From the NCBI GenBank assembly GCA_963703955.1, contig CAVPGK010000020.1, forward strand, positions 1 to 64,000: a DNA stretch of 64,000 nt. Reading direction: 5' to 3'. This DNA comes from Nitrospirota bacterium. GTDB taxonomy: Bacteria; Nitrospirota; Nitrospiria; Nitrospirales; Nitrospiraceae. Positions within the stretch are counted from its first letter, which is position 1, and every line of letters begins with the position of its first letter. Below are positions 52,972 to 64,000 of this stretch, one piece after another. A model generated the notes under the pieces. The model was not told the origin of the DNA. It saw only the letters and a list, made by a program, of their open reading frames with translations, and made no database searches. A program made the translations under genes and the position numbers.

Positions 52972-54243
52972 ATGCGAATCTCGGTGGGAATCTGCACGAC
53001 GCTGCTGGTCGTCCTGTTTGCGTACGAAGCGTGCGCCGCCGAGCAGATTCGTGTCCTTCTTGTCCAGCTCACTCCTCGCATAACCGTGCGTGCGGAGCGG
53101 GGCGTGGTGGTCCGGTTGTCCAAGACCGACGAACGAATCGTGAGGGCTCCGCTCCAGGTGACAGCGGGGTCCGCCGTCATGACGGTCAATGGGGTACGTG
53201 TCAGATCGGGACTGTTACGGATTCGGGCCCGGAAGGGAGACCTGATCATCAAGACGTTCAACGGGTCGGCCGGCGGCCAAGACCGTCTCGTGGGCCAGAA
53301 ATCGATCACGGGAAACCGATCGCCCGCCGACAGCATGATGTCGCCTATTGTGGGGTCGACTAAGACTGGCGGTTCAGCGTCGCTGGTCGTCAGTGGGGCG
53401 GTGGATGTGGTGTATCGCGGAGGCGGTTTGTCGGTGATCAACGAACTGGACCTGGAAGAATACGTGAAGGGAGTTGTCCCGTCTGAGATGAACGCGGCCT
53501 GGCATTCTGAAGCATTGAAAGTTCAGGCCATTGCGGCGCGTACGTACGGCCTCTATCAGAAAATGCTGAACGACGGGCGCGATTACGATGTGGTGGCCGG
53601 AACGCAGGATCAGGTCTATCGTGGCCGTGACGGGGTGGATCAGCGCGTACATGATGCTGTCGAGACCACACGGGGCTTGGTCGTCGCATACCGGAATGCT
53701 CCGATTCTGGCCGCGTTTTCGTCCACGGCGGGCGGACCGACCGAAGACGCGATGAATGTCTGGGCCAAGGATCTGCCGTACCTGAAAGGCGTTGATTGTC
53801 CGTTCGACGAAAATTCACCCTATTATCAGTGGAGGGCGCAATTCACGATCGACGCACTGGAACAATCTCTGCGGAAACAAGGCATGACGGTGGGAACGAT
53901 CGCGACGGTCACGCCATTCTCTTACACCCGCGCGGGACGGGTTGACAGAGTTCGCATACTGCATTCGCAGGGGGAGTTGGTTCTGCGCGGCCAGGATCTT
54001 CGCAAGGCGGTGGGGTACGGCATTATTCCGAGCACTCAGTTTGAGATCGAAGCTCTAGGGCACGATGTCATCCTCTCGGGACGAGGCTCCGGTCATGCCG
54101 TAGGACTGTGCCAATGGGGAGCAAAGGAAATGGCGGAGCGGGGGCATTCCTACGCCTCTATCCTGCGCTATTACTTTCCCGCAACCGAGCTGAGGCCCAT
54201 CCGAGGCCTCGAGCGTCCTCCCATGCCGACACCAACGCCCTAA
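52972..54243 (+). CDS. SpoIID/LytB domain protein
   Basis: EEYVKGVVPSEM, ALK.QA.AARTY, DQVY.G, GH.VGLCQWGA. Confidence 0.92.
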   Translation: MRISVGICTTLLVVLFAYEACAAEQIRVLLVQLTPRITVRAERGVVVRLSKTDERIVRAPLQVTAGSAVMTVNGVRVRSGLLRIRARKGDLIIKTFNGSAGGQDRLVGQKSITGNRSPADSMMSPIVGSTKTGGSASLVVSGAVDVVYRGGGLSVINELDLEEYVKGVVPSEMNAAWHSEALKVQAIAARTYGLYQKMLNDGRDYDVVAGTQDQVYRGRDGVDQRVHDAVETTRGLVVAYRNAPILAAFSSTAGGPTEDAMNVWAKDLPYLKGVDCPFDENSPYYQWRAQFTIDALEQSLRKQGMTVGTIATVTPFSYTRAGRVDRVRILHSQGELVLRGQDLRKAVGYGIIPSTQFEIEALGHDVILSGRGSGHAVGLCQWGAKEMAERGHSYASILRYYFPATELRPIRGLERPPMPTPTP

Positions 54244-55262
54244 TGCGACTGTCCGACTTTGATTTTCCGTTCGATCCGACCCTAATTGCTGATCACCCCA
54301 TTCAACCGAGACACCGAGCTCGTCTCCTCGTTCTCCCACGACAGGGTGGCCGGTTTGCTCACCATCATGTGGCGGACCTGCCGGGGCTTCTGCGTTCCGG
54401 TGACCTGGTGGTGGTTAATGATACGAAAGTGATGCCGGTTCGGCTCACTGCGCGGAAATCTCCCGGGGGCGGCAAGGTGGACTTGCTCTTTGTGAAGCCG
54501 TTAGAGGCGGACACCTGGGAGGTTCTGTTGAAAGGCGGGGGTAAGCCTGGCCAGATTCTTCATTTTGCGCCGGGTACCTCAGCGACCGTGATCCAATGCG
54601 GCGAGACCGGGACAGTGGTGAAGGTGGCGAGCCCTCGGCCCATCCACGAGCTGTGGGAACTGATCGGGCATATGCCGTTGCCGCCGTATATCAAACGACC
54701 TCCACATGACACTGATCGAGTATGGTATCAGACCATCTTTGCTCGAAGGGAAGGGGCACTCGCGGCGCCAACAGCGGGCCTCCATTTTACAGACGAGTTG
54801 GTTCGCGCGCTCCGGGAAAAAGGAATTCGAATGGCGGCCATCACCCTCCATGTCGGACCGGCAACATTCCGACCGGTAAAAGTCAGTCGCGTTGAGGATC
54901 ATCCCATGCCGCCCGAACGAATTGACGTGTCGCAAGATACAGCCGATGAGATCGCGCGGGTAAAGTCCAATGGAGGGAGGGTTGTGGCTGTCGGAACGAC
55001 CGTAGTCCGAACGTTGGAAGCCGCAACCGGGGCTGACGGAGTAGTTCATCCAATCAAAGGCGAATCAAGCCTTTTTATCCTCCCCGGCTATCGATTCCGT
55101 GTCGTTGATGGCCTGCTCACGAATTTTCACCTGCCCCGCACAACGCTGCTGATGCTGGTCTCCGCCTTCACCGGAGCGGGTTGGCTGCGGGCGGCGTATA
55201 GCGAGGCGATCCGGGAGCGCTACAGATTCTACAGCTACGGAGATGCCATGCTGATACTATGA
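54243..55262 (+). CDS. queA: SAM:tRNA ribosyltransferase-isomerase
   Basis: PLPPYI, AAPTAGLHF, TNFHLP, YRFYSYGDAM; TAATG coupling to the upstream gene. Confidence 0.97.
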   Translation: MRLSDFDFPFDPTLIADHPIQPRHRARLLVLPRQGGRFAHHHVADLPGLLRSGDLVVVNDTKVMPVRLTARKSPGGGKVDLLFVKPLEADTWEVLLKGGGKPGQILHFAPGTSATVIQCGETGTVVKVASPRPIHELWELIGHMPLPPYIKRPPHDTDRVWYQTIFARREGALAAPTAGLHFTDELVRALREKGIRMAAITLHVGPATFRPVKVSRVEDHPMPPERIDVSQDTADEIARVKSNGGRVVAVGTTVVRTLEAATGADGVVHPIKGESSLFILPGYRFRVVDGLLTNFHLPRTTLLMLVSAFTGAGWLRAAYSEAIRERYRFYSYGDAMLIL

Positions 55263-55276
55263 GCGGCAAAATTTCA

Positions 55277-55361
55277 GGATGCTCAACAAGGTCATCCCGT
55301 CTCTGGGCAAGTTGAGGGTTTTTTTGAGCCGAGAACGAAGCTGGGAACCTTTTCAGCGTCC
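55277..55361. repeat. Internally deleted copy of the 47158 repeat, opposite orientation
   Basis: Shares GGATGCTCAA...GGTCATCC, CTCTGGGC and GAGCCGAGAACGAAGCTGGG...TTTTCAGC. Confidence 0.75.
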
Positions 55362-55363
55362 GG

Positions 55364-56062
55364 CTAGAGGAGTTCTTTGTGGACCTTAATCGAAACTCTC
55401 GCTTTCATGGCCTCTTTGTAGGCCATCAGCGCGCGTTGTTGTTTCTGGAAGAGAAAGTCTTGCAAGAGCCGTTCGTTGGCTGAGCGACCGTCTGATGACT
55501 CCGGTTGGGATTGGCGAGGCATAAGCCCCTGCGCCTCGGCAATTTCGGCAGGTGTTAGCGCGACGGAATCTCGGATGATCGTGCGGACTTTCTCCCGAAG
55601 GAGTTCCGTGGTGTGCAACGCTTCGAACAGCGCCGGCGTGAGCCGGTTGGCTGCAAGCAGGCGGCGATACAAATCGGGGTCGAAGTGACCCTTCTGCTGA
55701 AAATCCGGACGCCGCATGATGTCGTCTCGTAACTCATCGGGCGTCACAGTCAGGCCCATCTCCCGCGCGGCAAGGGTCCACAGCTTGTTCTCGATCAACC
55801 CGTCTATTACGAATTGCTTGAGCGTCTCTTCCTTGAAATCGCCTTGCACGTTGTCCTTGTAAAATCGATACGTGTTCTCGTAGGTTCGACGATACTCATC
55901 CCTTGTGACTGTCAGGTCTCCGACCGAAGCGATCCCGTTGCTCTGCGTCTCCCCGAACCCCCACCAACCCATGGTGATAATGAACGCAATCGCCAAAAGT
56001 CCCATTATCGATTTCAACAACCACGGGTACTTGCGGGCGCCTTCGCGCATCAACTTGATCAT
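55364..56062 (-). CDS. SurA N-terminal / PpiD-like membrane-anchored chaperone without a PPIase domain
   Basis: N-terminal TM, A..MGL.VT..EL...I...P.FQ..G.FD..LY...L. Confidence 0.8.
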   Translation of the reverse strand: MIKLMREGARKYPWLLKSIMGLLAIAFIITMGWWGFGETQSNGIASVGDLTVTRDEYRRTYENTYRFYKDNVQGDFKEETLKQFVIDGLIENKLWTLAAREMGLTVTPDELRDDIMRRPDFQQKGHFDPDLYRRLLAANRLTPALFEALHTTELLREKVRTIIRDSVALTPAEIAEAQGLMPRQSQPESSDGRSANERLLQDFLFQKQQRALMAYKEAMKARVSIKVHKELL

Positions 56063-56275
56063 GTCAGTCCCCAAGATGTGAGAAATGAATCTTACCGAGA
56101 GGCCTGGGCAAAGGCAAGGGGAGTGAAGCCGGGAAACCGGGCCGAGTGGTACCATGGTACAGTGAGGATGGCGAATCAATCAGCGGCTTCGGTTGCCTGA
56201 CCCCTCCAGGGGGAGTGGTTTGTGCAATCCGGCCAGATTTGTTATACTTGTCCACCTATTGCGAGGAATCGTGCC

Positions 56276-56734
56276 TTGGCGGAACAGCGGTTGGGAACCA
56301 GCCCTTTGAGCATAGGGGTGTATCCCAAGGCACAGATTCTAAACCGCTTTATCGCGAAATTCGTTGATGTCATCATTGTGATATCGGCCAGTAAGGTGGT
56401 GTCTCCGGTCGGCTGGCTGGCAGGATTGACCTACATCCTTATTGCAGACGGGTTTTCAGGAGGGCGGAGTATCGGGAAACGCTTGATTGGGCTCCAGACG
56501 GTGGTCCCTCGCACCCAAGGGGTTTCCGGGTTCAAGGAATCCATCATTCGTAATCTGCCGCTCGCATTGGCCTATCTTCTTTTTCCGATACCATTTATCG
56601 GCTGGTTAGCGGGGATCGCCATCCTGACGCTCGAAGGTCTGTTAATTATTGGAAATGACCAGGGTCTCCGACTCGGTGACGATTTCGCCAAGACGCAGGT
56701 CCTGGACGGCGGCCAACTCGATCTACGAGACTGA
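56276..56734 (+). CDS. RDD family membrane protein
   Basis: R.IA..VD, SIGK...GL, IRN, RLGD..A.T.V. Confidence 0.85.
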   Translation: MAEQRLGTSPLSIGVYPKAQILNRFIAKFVDVIIVISASKVVSPVGWLAGLTYILIADGFSGGRSIGKRLIGLQTVVPRTQGVSGFKESIIRNLPLALAYLLFPIPFIGWLAGIAILTLEGLLIIGNDQGLRLGDDFAKTQVLDGGQLDLRD

Positions 56735-56778
56735 ACCGGATGGGCAGAAGCGACGACAGTGCTGAAGGTTCAGCCTAG

Positions 56779-57840
<1,062 letters not shown>

Positions 57841-57869
57841 AGGAGGGCCCTCCTGCATAGGAATGGTTC

Positions 57870-58724
57870 ATGCTTCGCTCTCTGTCGGGCACAACGCGAC
57901 TGCTCCTCCTGTTGTTTGCGCTCCTGCTCTCCATCATGTTCCTGCTTCCTAAGCAGAGCCGGGATCTGATGCAGAGCCTCGGTCAGCCGGTTACTCTTGT
58001 CGTTTCCCTCCCGCTCGAAGCCTTGACTGCCGTCGATCGAAGTGTCAGGGACGTGTGGGAGAGCTATGTGGCCCTACGACGGGTGCATGAAGAAAATCTC
58101 CGGCTTCGTCAGGAAATCCTCGCCCTACGTGAAGAGAACGGTGGATTGCGAGAGACGGCCACCTCGCAGGCTCGCTTAGCGGCGCTGCTCGAATTCAAAC
58201 AACGCATTCCGCACAGGACCGTCGCGGCCCAAGTAATCGGACAGGATGCGAGCAATCTGTATCGTGGGGTCGTGCTCAACAAGGGGGAACGCGACGGCAT
58301 TCGGGTGGACCTGGGCGTAATGACACCGGCTGGCGTGGTAGGGCGAGTGATCAAGACCGGCCCATCCTCGTCGGTGGTTCTACTCGTCACGGATCCTCAT
58401 AATGCCATCGCCGGCATCGTGCAACGCAGCCGCGACGAAGGCATCATCGAAGGGACCCCGAGCGGCAGGGCCCGAATCAAATATCTTCCGTTGCTATCCA
58501 GCGTGCGGATCAGTGACGTTGTGGTGACATCCGGTCTCACCGGCGGCTTCCCGCGCGGCTTGGTGGTAGGGACGATAACGAGCATTGAAAAAGAGGAAGG
58601 CGCGCTTTTTCAAGCTGCGGAAATTGCTCCTGAAGCGGACCTGTCGAAATTGGAAGAGGTGCTGGTCATCACGTCGCCTCGATCGCTCGATAACGAGTCG
58701 GGACCAAAGGAGATACATCCGTAA
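57870..58724 (+). CDS. mreC: Rod shape-determining protein MreC
   Basis: TM plus coiled coil, NKG..DG, VVTSG..G.FP.G; follows mreB. Confidence 0.95.
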   Translation: MLRSLSGTTRLLLLLFALLLSIMFLLPKQSRDLMQSLGQPVTLVVSLPLEALTAVDRSVRDVWESYVALRRVHEENLRLRQEILALREENGGLRETATSQARLAALLEFKQRIPHRTVAAQVIGQDASNLYRGVVLNKGERDGIRVDLGVMTPAGVVGRVIKTGPSSSVVLLVTDPHNAIAGIVQRSRDEGIIEGTPSGRARIKYLPLLSSVRISDVVVTSGLTGGFPRGLVVGTITSIEKEEGALFQAAEIAPEADLSKLEEVLVITSPRSLDNESGPKEIHP

Positions 58725-59236
58725 GACAGGCACTCTACATCACACTGGTCATCGGTCTTGTCCCGATTCAGGCCACGGCGCTTCAGTACTTGAGCCTGGG
58801 CGGTGTGCGACCGGACCTCTGCCTGATCGCTTCCTTCCTCGTAGGCTTCCTGGTCGGCGAATTCGACGGGGTCATGATGGGGCTTGCGTTGGGATTCGTC
58901 CAGGATCTTTTCTCAGGCGGCGATTCGGGATTGAACCTTATCACGAAAGGCCTCATCGGGCTGCTGGCAGGGTTGGCCGGCCGACATCTGGCAAATGCGA
59001 CCACTTTGGCCGTCCTTGCTCTGTTGCTCAGCGCCTCCCTGGTTTCGGGATTTGTCTTCGTCCTGTGGGCCTGGTCGGGAGAAGGGTTGTCAGACGCCAT
59101 GACCTTTGTCCAGTCGGTTCTCCTTCCGCACGCCGTCTATGACGCTGGGCTCGGTGCCGCGCTCTATTGGCTCATCGTGGGTCGCCGGGGAGAACACCCT
59201 GCGTTTGAACAAGGGCGGGTCCGATTCGGGAAATGA
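58721..59236 (+). CDS. mreD: Rod shape-determining protein MreD (start codon uncertain)
   Basis: PDL motif, G...D..SG, several TMs; lies between mreC and mrdA. Confidence 0.85.
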   Translation, partial: VRQALYITLVIGLVPIQATALQYLSLGGVRPDLCLIASFLVGFLVGEFDGVMMGLALGFVQDLFSGGDSGLNLITKGLIGLLAGLAGRHLANATTLAVLALLLSASLVSGFVFVLWAWSGEGLSDAMTFVQSVLLPHAVYDAGLGAALYWLIVGRRGEHPAFEQGRVRFGK

Positions 59237-59281
59237 GGCTGTCCGGGCGGCCGGAGCCCGCCACGGATTGTTGAAGGCACC

Positions 59282-61159
59282 ATGTCCGAATTTGAACCTG
59301 GATATAGTGAACTGCGTGAGGTTCAGCGTCGTCTCACGATCCTGAAGGTGGGACTCTTGCTGGGCCTGGTGTTGTTGGGGATTCGCCTGTGGCACCTGCA
59401 AATTCGCGAAGGCGCATATTATCGTAATTTGTCCGACAACAACCGGACCCGTTCCGTCTTGATTGAACCGGCGCGCGGGCTGATCTATGACCGTCATGGA
59501 GAATTGCTGGCCAACAATGTGCCGAGCTTCACCCTGTATATCACCCTCGAAGACGTCAAAGATCGTGAGCAATTGATCGCCAAGTTGGGGGATCTGATCG
59601 GGCTGGATGCAGACCTCGTCCGGAGGAAGCTGGCCGAGCGGGGCGGCAAGTTGGTGCCGAGAAAGATCAAGGGTGGGCTGACTTTGCGAGAGGCGGCCCT
59701 GATCGAATCGCACCGGCTGGACTTCCCCGGCGTCGAGATTCAGGCGGAATCTCAGCGGAACTATCCGGCCGGGGTCATCGCCGCGCACCTGGCGGGGTAC
59801 GTCGGTGAGGTGTCGGCGGACCAGTTGGAACGACCCGAGAACGCGGAACTGCATCAGGGCAGTATCGTGGGCCAGTATGGCATTGAAAAGACCTATGATC
59901 ACTTCCTGAGGGGCCGCGCCGGACAGAAAACCATCGAGGTCGATGCGACCGGGCACGAGAAACGGATCGTTCAAATCCAGAAACCGGAAGCCGGTGATGA
60001 TCTTTACGTCACCATTGATGTCCGTCTGCAGAGGGTCGCGGAAAATCTGTTGGGACAGGAGGCCGGGGCCATCGTCGCGTTGGACCCCAGAAACGGCGAG
60101 ATTCTCGCGTTGGCCAGCCGACCGGTGTTTGATCCGAACACGCTGTCCCGAGAGCTAACCGCCAAGCAATGGGACGAAATCGTCCAAAATGAGGGCCGCC
60201 CACTGAACAATCGCGCAACACAAGGCCAATATCCCCCAGGCTCGACCTTCAAGATTGTGATGGCGGCCGCTGCGTTGGAAACAAGGACGGTTGACCCGAC
60301 GACCAAAATTCATTGCGCGGGGGGGTATCAGTTCGGCCGCCGCCTCTTCCACGACTGGAAAGCCGGGGGCCACGGGTATGTCGATTTGCATCAGGCTCTC
60401 GTGCATTCGTGTGACGTTTACTTCTATACGATCGGACAGCGGATGGGGATCGATACGATCGCCTCCTTCGCAAAACGGTTGGGCCTGGGCCGTGAAACGG
60501 GCATCGAGCTCCCCTCGGAACGGTCGGGGATCGTGCCGTCAACAGCGTGGAAAGAAAAAGTTCGTCATGAACCGTGGTTCCCAGGAGAAACGATCTCCGC
60601 CGCCATCGGTCAGGGGTATGTTACGGTGACTCCGCTCCAGATGGCTCACTTAACCGGTATCGTGGCCAACGACGGGTTTTCCTATCGTCCACGCCTGGTT
60701 CAGGCGATCATGGATCGGGCAACCGGTCAGCTGCAAGAAGTGAAAGCGGTGGCGGAGAACCGGATTTCGTTCAGGCCGGGGACGCTGGATGTAATTAGGG
60801 ACAGCCTTGCCGACGTGGTAAATGAAGGCACCGCGACGCGGGCGAAATCCACGCTCGTCACTATCGCCGGAAAGACCGGCACCGCGCAAACCGCCGCGCT
60901 GCGGACCGGGCCGGAGAAGGACATTCCCAAGAAGCTTCGAGATCATGCTTGGTTCGTCTCCTACGCTCCCGTCGAAAACCCGAGGATCGCGGTGGCGGTC
61001 CTCGTCGAAAATATGGGGCACGGGGGATCGGCCGCGGCGCCGCTCGCCAAACAGGTCATCGAAGAATTCGTTCGGCTCACATCCGACACTCCGGTCTTGA
61101 CTGAATCCCGACCGGACCAGAAGCCGAAAGTGACCGTTGCTGGAGTGGCTCATGATTGA
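59282..61159 (+). CDS. mrdA: Penicillin-binding protein 2
   Basis: PGSTFK (SxxK), SCD, KTGTAQ. Confidence 0.97.
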   Translation: MSEFEPGYSELREVQRRLTILKVGLLLGLVLLGIRLWHLQIREGAYYRNLSDNNRTRSVLIEPARGLIYDRHGELLANNVPSFTLYITLEDVKDREQLIAKLGDLIGLDADLVRRKLAERGGKLVPRKIKGGLTLREAALIESHRLDFPGVEIQAESQRNYPAGVIAAHLAGYVGEVSADQLERPENAELHQGSIVGQYGIEKTYDHFLRGRAGQKTIEVDATGHEKRIVQIQKPEAGDDLYVTIDVRLQRVAENLLGQEAGAIVALDPRNGEILALASRPVFDPNTLSRELTAKQWDEIVQNEGRPLNNRATQGQYPPGSTFKIVMAAAALETRTVDPTTKIHCAGGYQFGRRLFHDWKAGGHGYVDLHQALVHSCDVYFYTIGQRMGIDTIASFAKRLGLGRETGIELPSERSGIVPSTAWKEKVRHEPWFPGETISAAIGQGYVTVTPLQMAHLTGIVANDGFSYRPRLVQAIMDRATGQLQEVKAVAENRISFRPGTLDVIRDSLADVVNEGTATRAKSTLVTIAGKTGTAQTAALRTGPEKDIPKKLRDHAWFVSYAPVENPRIAVAVLVENMGHGGSAAAPLAKQVIEEFVRLTSDTPVLTESRPDQKPKVTVAGVAHD

Positions 61160-62273
61160 CCGCGTTATGGACAACCGAGGGCTGGATCGTTTCGAGTGGC
61201 GATTCCTCACGGTCATTCTTGCGATCCTTGCGCTTGGCGTCCTGTCCATCTACAGCGTCACGCATACCCAGCAGGGAGGCGGCTTGCCGATCTATCTGAA
61301 GCAATTGGTCTGGATCGGAATTGGCGCCGTGGCGTTCGTGGTCACCTTCACCGTGGACTATCATAAGATTTCCAGGTTGGCCTATCCGCTCTATGCGCTT
61401 GTGCTCGTACTGCTGGTTGTGGTTTTGGTCACGGGAAAAACTAGTCGCGGCGCGCAGCGGTGGATCCCCATCGGGCCGTTTGCGTTTCAGCCGTCAGAAT
61501 TTGCAAAGCTGGCGTTGATTCTGGTCTTGGCCAGCTACTACGCCAACAGTCCGCGAGAGGGCTGGCTGCAGCGCGTGGTCTTGCCGGGGCTCATCATGAT
61601 GCCGGGCTTGCTGCTGATCATCAAGCAGCCGGATCTCGGCAGCGGCCTGAGTTATCTGGCGATCTATGCCGCGATGTTGTTGGTGGTCGGAATCCGGTCC
61701 AAAGCGCTCGGCATCTTGTTGCTGTTCTCGCTGATGCTGTTTCCCTTCGCATGGGAAATGATGTGGGGATCGCTCCATGGCTATCAACGGGAGCGGATCA
61801 TGACCTTCGTCAATCCGGATTATGATACAGGGGGCAGGGGATACCATGGCCTGCAATCCCGGATCGCGATCGGCGCGGGAGAGTTGGCAGGCAAGGGTCT
61901 CTACGGGGGCACGCAGAGTCAGTTGAAGTTCTTGCCGGAGGGGCATACGGATTTCGTCTTTTCGGTATTTTCCGAGGAATGGGGATTTCTCGGCGTGCTG
62001 GTTCTTCTCACGCTGTTCATCAGTCTGATCGTGCTGTCGATGGAAATTGCCTCTAAAGCAAAGGATGTGCTCGGGGCTCTACTGGCCGCCGGTGTCATCG
62101 CGATGATCGGGTTCTGTGCTATCGTCAACATCGGGATGACGGCCGGCATCGTCCCGATCGTCGGGATTCCCTTGCCGCTCATGAGTTACGGTGGTAGCGC
62201 GACGGTGACGACCCTGGCCGCTCTTGGCCTGCTGTTAAACGTCAAGCGCCGTCGCCTGACTTTGTTCTATTAG
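61152..62273 (+). CDS. rodA: Peptidoglycan glycosyltransferase RodA
   Basis: GAQRW, QPSE.AK, QPDLG, PE.HTDF, P..SYGG. Confidence 0.97.
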   Translation: MIDRVMDNRGLDRFEWRFLTVILAILALGVLSIYSVTHTQQGGGLPIYLKQLVWIGIGAVAFVVTFTVDYHKISRLAYPLYALVLVLLVVVLVTGKTSRGAQRWIPIGPFAFQPSEFAKLALILVLASYYANSPREGWLQRVVLPGLIMMPGLLLIIKQPDLGSGLSYLAIYAAMLLVVGIRSKALGILLLFSLMLFPFAWEMMWGSLHGYQRERIMTFVNPDYDTGGRGYHGLQSRIAIGAGELAGKGLYGGTQSQLKFLPEGHTDFVFSVFSEEWGFLGVLVLLTLFISLIVLSMEIASKAKDVLGALLAAGVIAMIGFCAIVNIGMTAGIVPIVGIPLPLMSYGGSATVTTLAALGLLLNVKRRRLTLFY

Positions 62274-62476
62274 CAGCTTGCGCAGCTATCGTGAGCCAAC
62301 TGGATCGGCTGAACCCGAGCTGATGAAATCGAAATCGTGAGAGATTGAACCTAACGAGCGGTCTGCGATGGTCTATGGAAGGTTGATGACCGGACGAAGA
62401 GCGGTGAGTCCGACGCTCACGCTCTTTCGAGCCACGATTCTGCCATCCCCGACCTCGCGCACCGCGGGGAGACTAT

Positions 62477-63985
62477 ATGGGGCGAGACATCGCGATCAAT
62501 GTGACTCGGGAAGAAACCCGGGTGGCGGTATTAGACAACAATGTCGTGACGGAACTCTACGTCGACCGGGCGAAGAACAAGGATTTCGTCGGGAACATCT
62601 ATAAGGGTAAGGTCGTCAAAGTGTTGCCGGGCATGCAGGCCGCCTTCGTCGATATTGGCCTGGATAAAGCTGCGTTCATGCACGTCTCCGATCTCTCCGT
62701 AGACACAGAGCCGGGTGAAACCTTGCTTGATACCGACGACGACGAGAAGGGGCCCGATATGCCGAGGCCTCGGAGACAATCGAGCCAGCCGATCGAGCAG
62801 CTTCTTCAAGAGGGCCAGGAGCTGATGGTTCAGATCTCCAAGGGTCCAATCGGAACGAAGGGCCCCCGTGTGACGACCTACGTCTCGCTTCCAGGACGGT
62901 ATCTTGTGTTCATGCCGAATGTTGAGCACGTGGGGGTCTCGCGCCGCATTCCCAAAGATGAAGAGCGCGCGCGATTGAAGGAGATCGTGAAGCGCTTGCG
63001 CCGACCCGGGTACGGCTACATCGTCCGCACGGTGAGCGAAGGCGTCAAAGAGGATGAACTGCAGTCCGATGTCGAATTTCTGAATGTGCTGTGGCAGGAT
63101 GTTCTGAGAAAGCGGGATCAGCTCCCCGCGCCAACCCTCTTGCACACCGACCTGAGCCTGGCCTTTCGCGTAGTGCGCGATCTCTTTACGAAAAAGGTTG
63201 AGCGTCTGCTGATCGATTCGCGCCAGGAGTACGAGGCGATCAAGGATTTTGTCCACCGCTTCTTGCCGGAGCAGACCTCACGGATCCAATACTATGATAA
63301 AGAAGAGAGTCTGTTCGATCACCTCGGGATCGAGGCGGAGATCTCTCGGGCCTTGAGTCGTAAGGTCTGGCTGAAGTCAGGCGGACATATCGTTGTGGAC
63401 CATACCGAGGCGATGACGGTCATCGATGTCAATACCGGCCGGTACGTCGGTAAGCGCGATCAGGAAGAAACGATTCTGAAGAATAATCTGGAGGCGGCGA
63501 AGGAAATCGCCTATCAGATCAAGTTGCGGGGCATTGGCGGCATTATCATCATCGATTTTATCGACATGGAGCGCGAAAAAAATCGCGACAAGGTCTATCA
63601 AGCGCTGGTGGATGCCATGGCCAGCGATAAGGCGCGAACCAGGATTTCTCGCATTTCAGACCTAGGGCTCATTGAACTGTCGCGCGAACGGGTTCGGGAG
63701 GATCTTCTCCGCACAATGTCCGAACCCTGCCATTACTGCGAGGGGCGAGGCTATACGAAGTCTGCGACCACCGTAGTCTACGACATCTTCCGGGAAATCC
63801 GCCGTATCGGAAGCGAGGCTCAAGAGCAGAAGATCGTCATCGGTGTTCACCCCGGTGTTGCCGCGATGCTGTGCGATGATGAGCAGGAAGGGGTGGAGGA
63901 TCTGGAGCGCGCCTACAACACGAAGCTGATCGTCAAGGCCGATCCTTTGCTGCATTTGGAACAATATGACCTCATTGTCCTATGA
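62477..63985 (+). CDS. rng: Ribonuclease G/E family
   Basis: GNIYKG.V..VLPGMQAAFVD, IDVNTG, IDFIDM, C..C.G.G; no RNase E scaffold tail. Confidence 0.95.
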   Translation: MGRDIAINVTREETRVAVLDNNVVTELYVDRAKNKDFVGNIYKGKVVKVLPGMQAAFVDIGLDKAAFMHVSDLSVDTEPGETLLDTDDDEKGPDMPRPRRQSSQPIEQLLQEGQELMVQISKGPIGTKGPRVTTYVSLPGRYLVFMPNVEHVGVSRRIPKDEERARLKEIVKRLRRPGYGYIVRTVSEGVKEDELQSDVEFLNVLWQDVLRKRDQLPAPTLLHTDLSLAFRVVRDLFTKKVERLLIDSRQEYEAIKDFVHRFLPEQTSRIQYYDKEESLFDHLGIEAEISRALSRKVWLKSGGHIVVDHTEAMTVIDVNTGRYVGKRDQEETILKNNLEAAKEIAYQIKLRGIGGIIIIDFIDMEREKNRDKVYQALVDAMASDKARTRISRISDLGLIELSRERVREDLLRTMSEPCHYCEGRGYTKSATTVVYDIFREIRRIGSEAQEQKIVIGVHPGVAAMLCDDEQEGVEDLERAYNTKLIVKADPLLHLEQYDLIVL

Positions 63986-64000
63986 TGTCTCCAGTCTACC

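Overview
A 64 kb bacterial chromosome segment that looks like Nitrospira/Nitrospirota. This is inferred from the five-subunit 2-oxoacid:ferredoxin oxidoreductase operon, the gene order and a palindromic repeat family. Positions 1-15 kb are accessory envelope genes: a cytochrome b/c fusion tail, lipoproteins, an EEP hydrolase, a sulfotransferase-cysC-flippase-Omp85 operon, HD protein-yjbQ-MFS and a repeat-bearing BON lipoprotein. Next come a tRNA-Asn(GUU) gene split inside its anticodon by a 280-nt group I intron, the for-type oxidoreductase operon, a complete IS3-family element about 30 bp upstream of that operon's putative promoter, and a decayed TPR gene. Positions 23-64 kb are core genes: rho, rpmE, prfA, prmC, murA, his operon, dnaG, rpoD (five frameshifts, probably assembly errors), a tRNA with CAU anticodon, rnhC, rnpB, ilvBNC, psd, pssA, a Leu T-box, leuA, leuB, asd, queA, mreBCD, mrdA, rodA and rng. 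The best leads are the intron-split tRNA-Asn, the putative sulfation/export operon, the T-box with a repeat element in the leuA leader, and the IS next to the oxidoreductase promoter. All calls come from reading the sequence; no searches were run.
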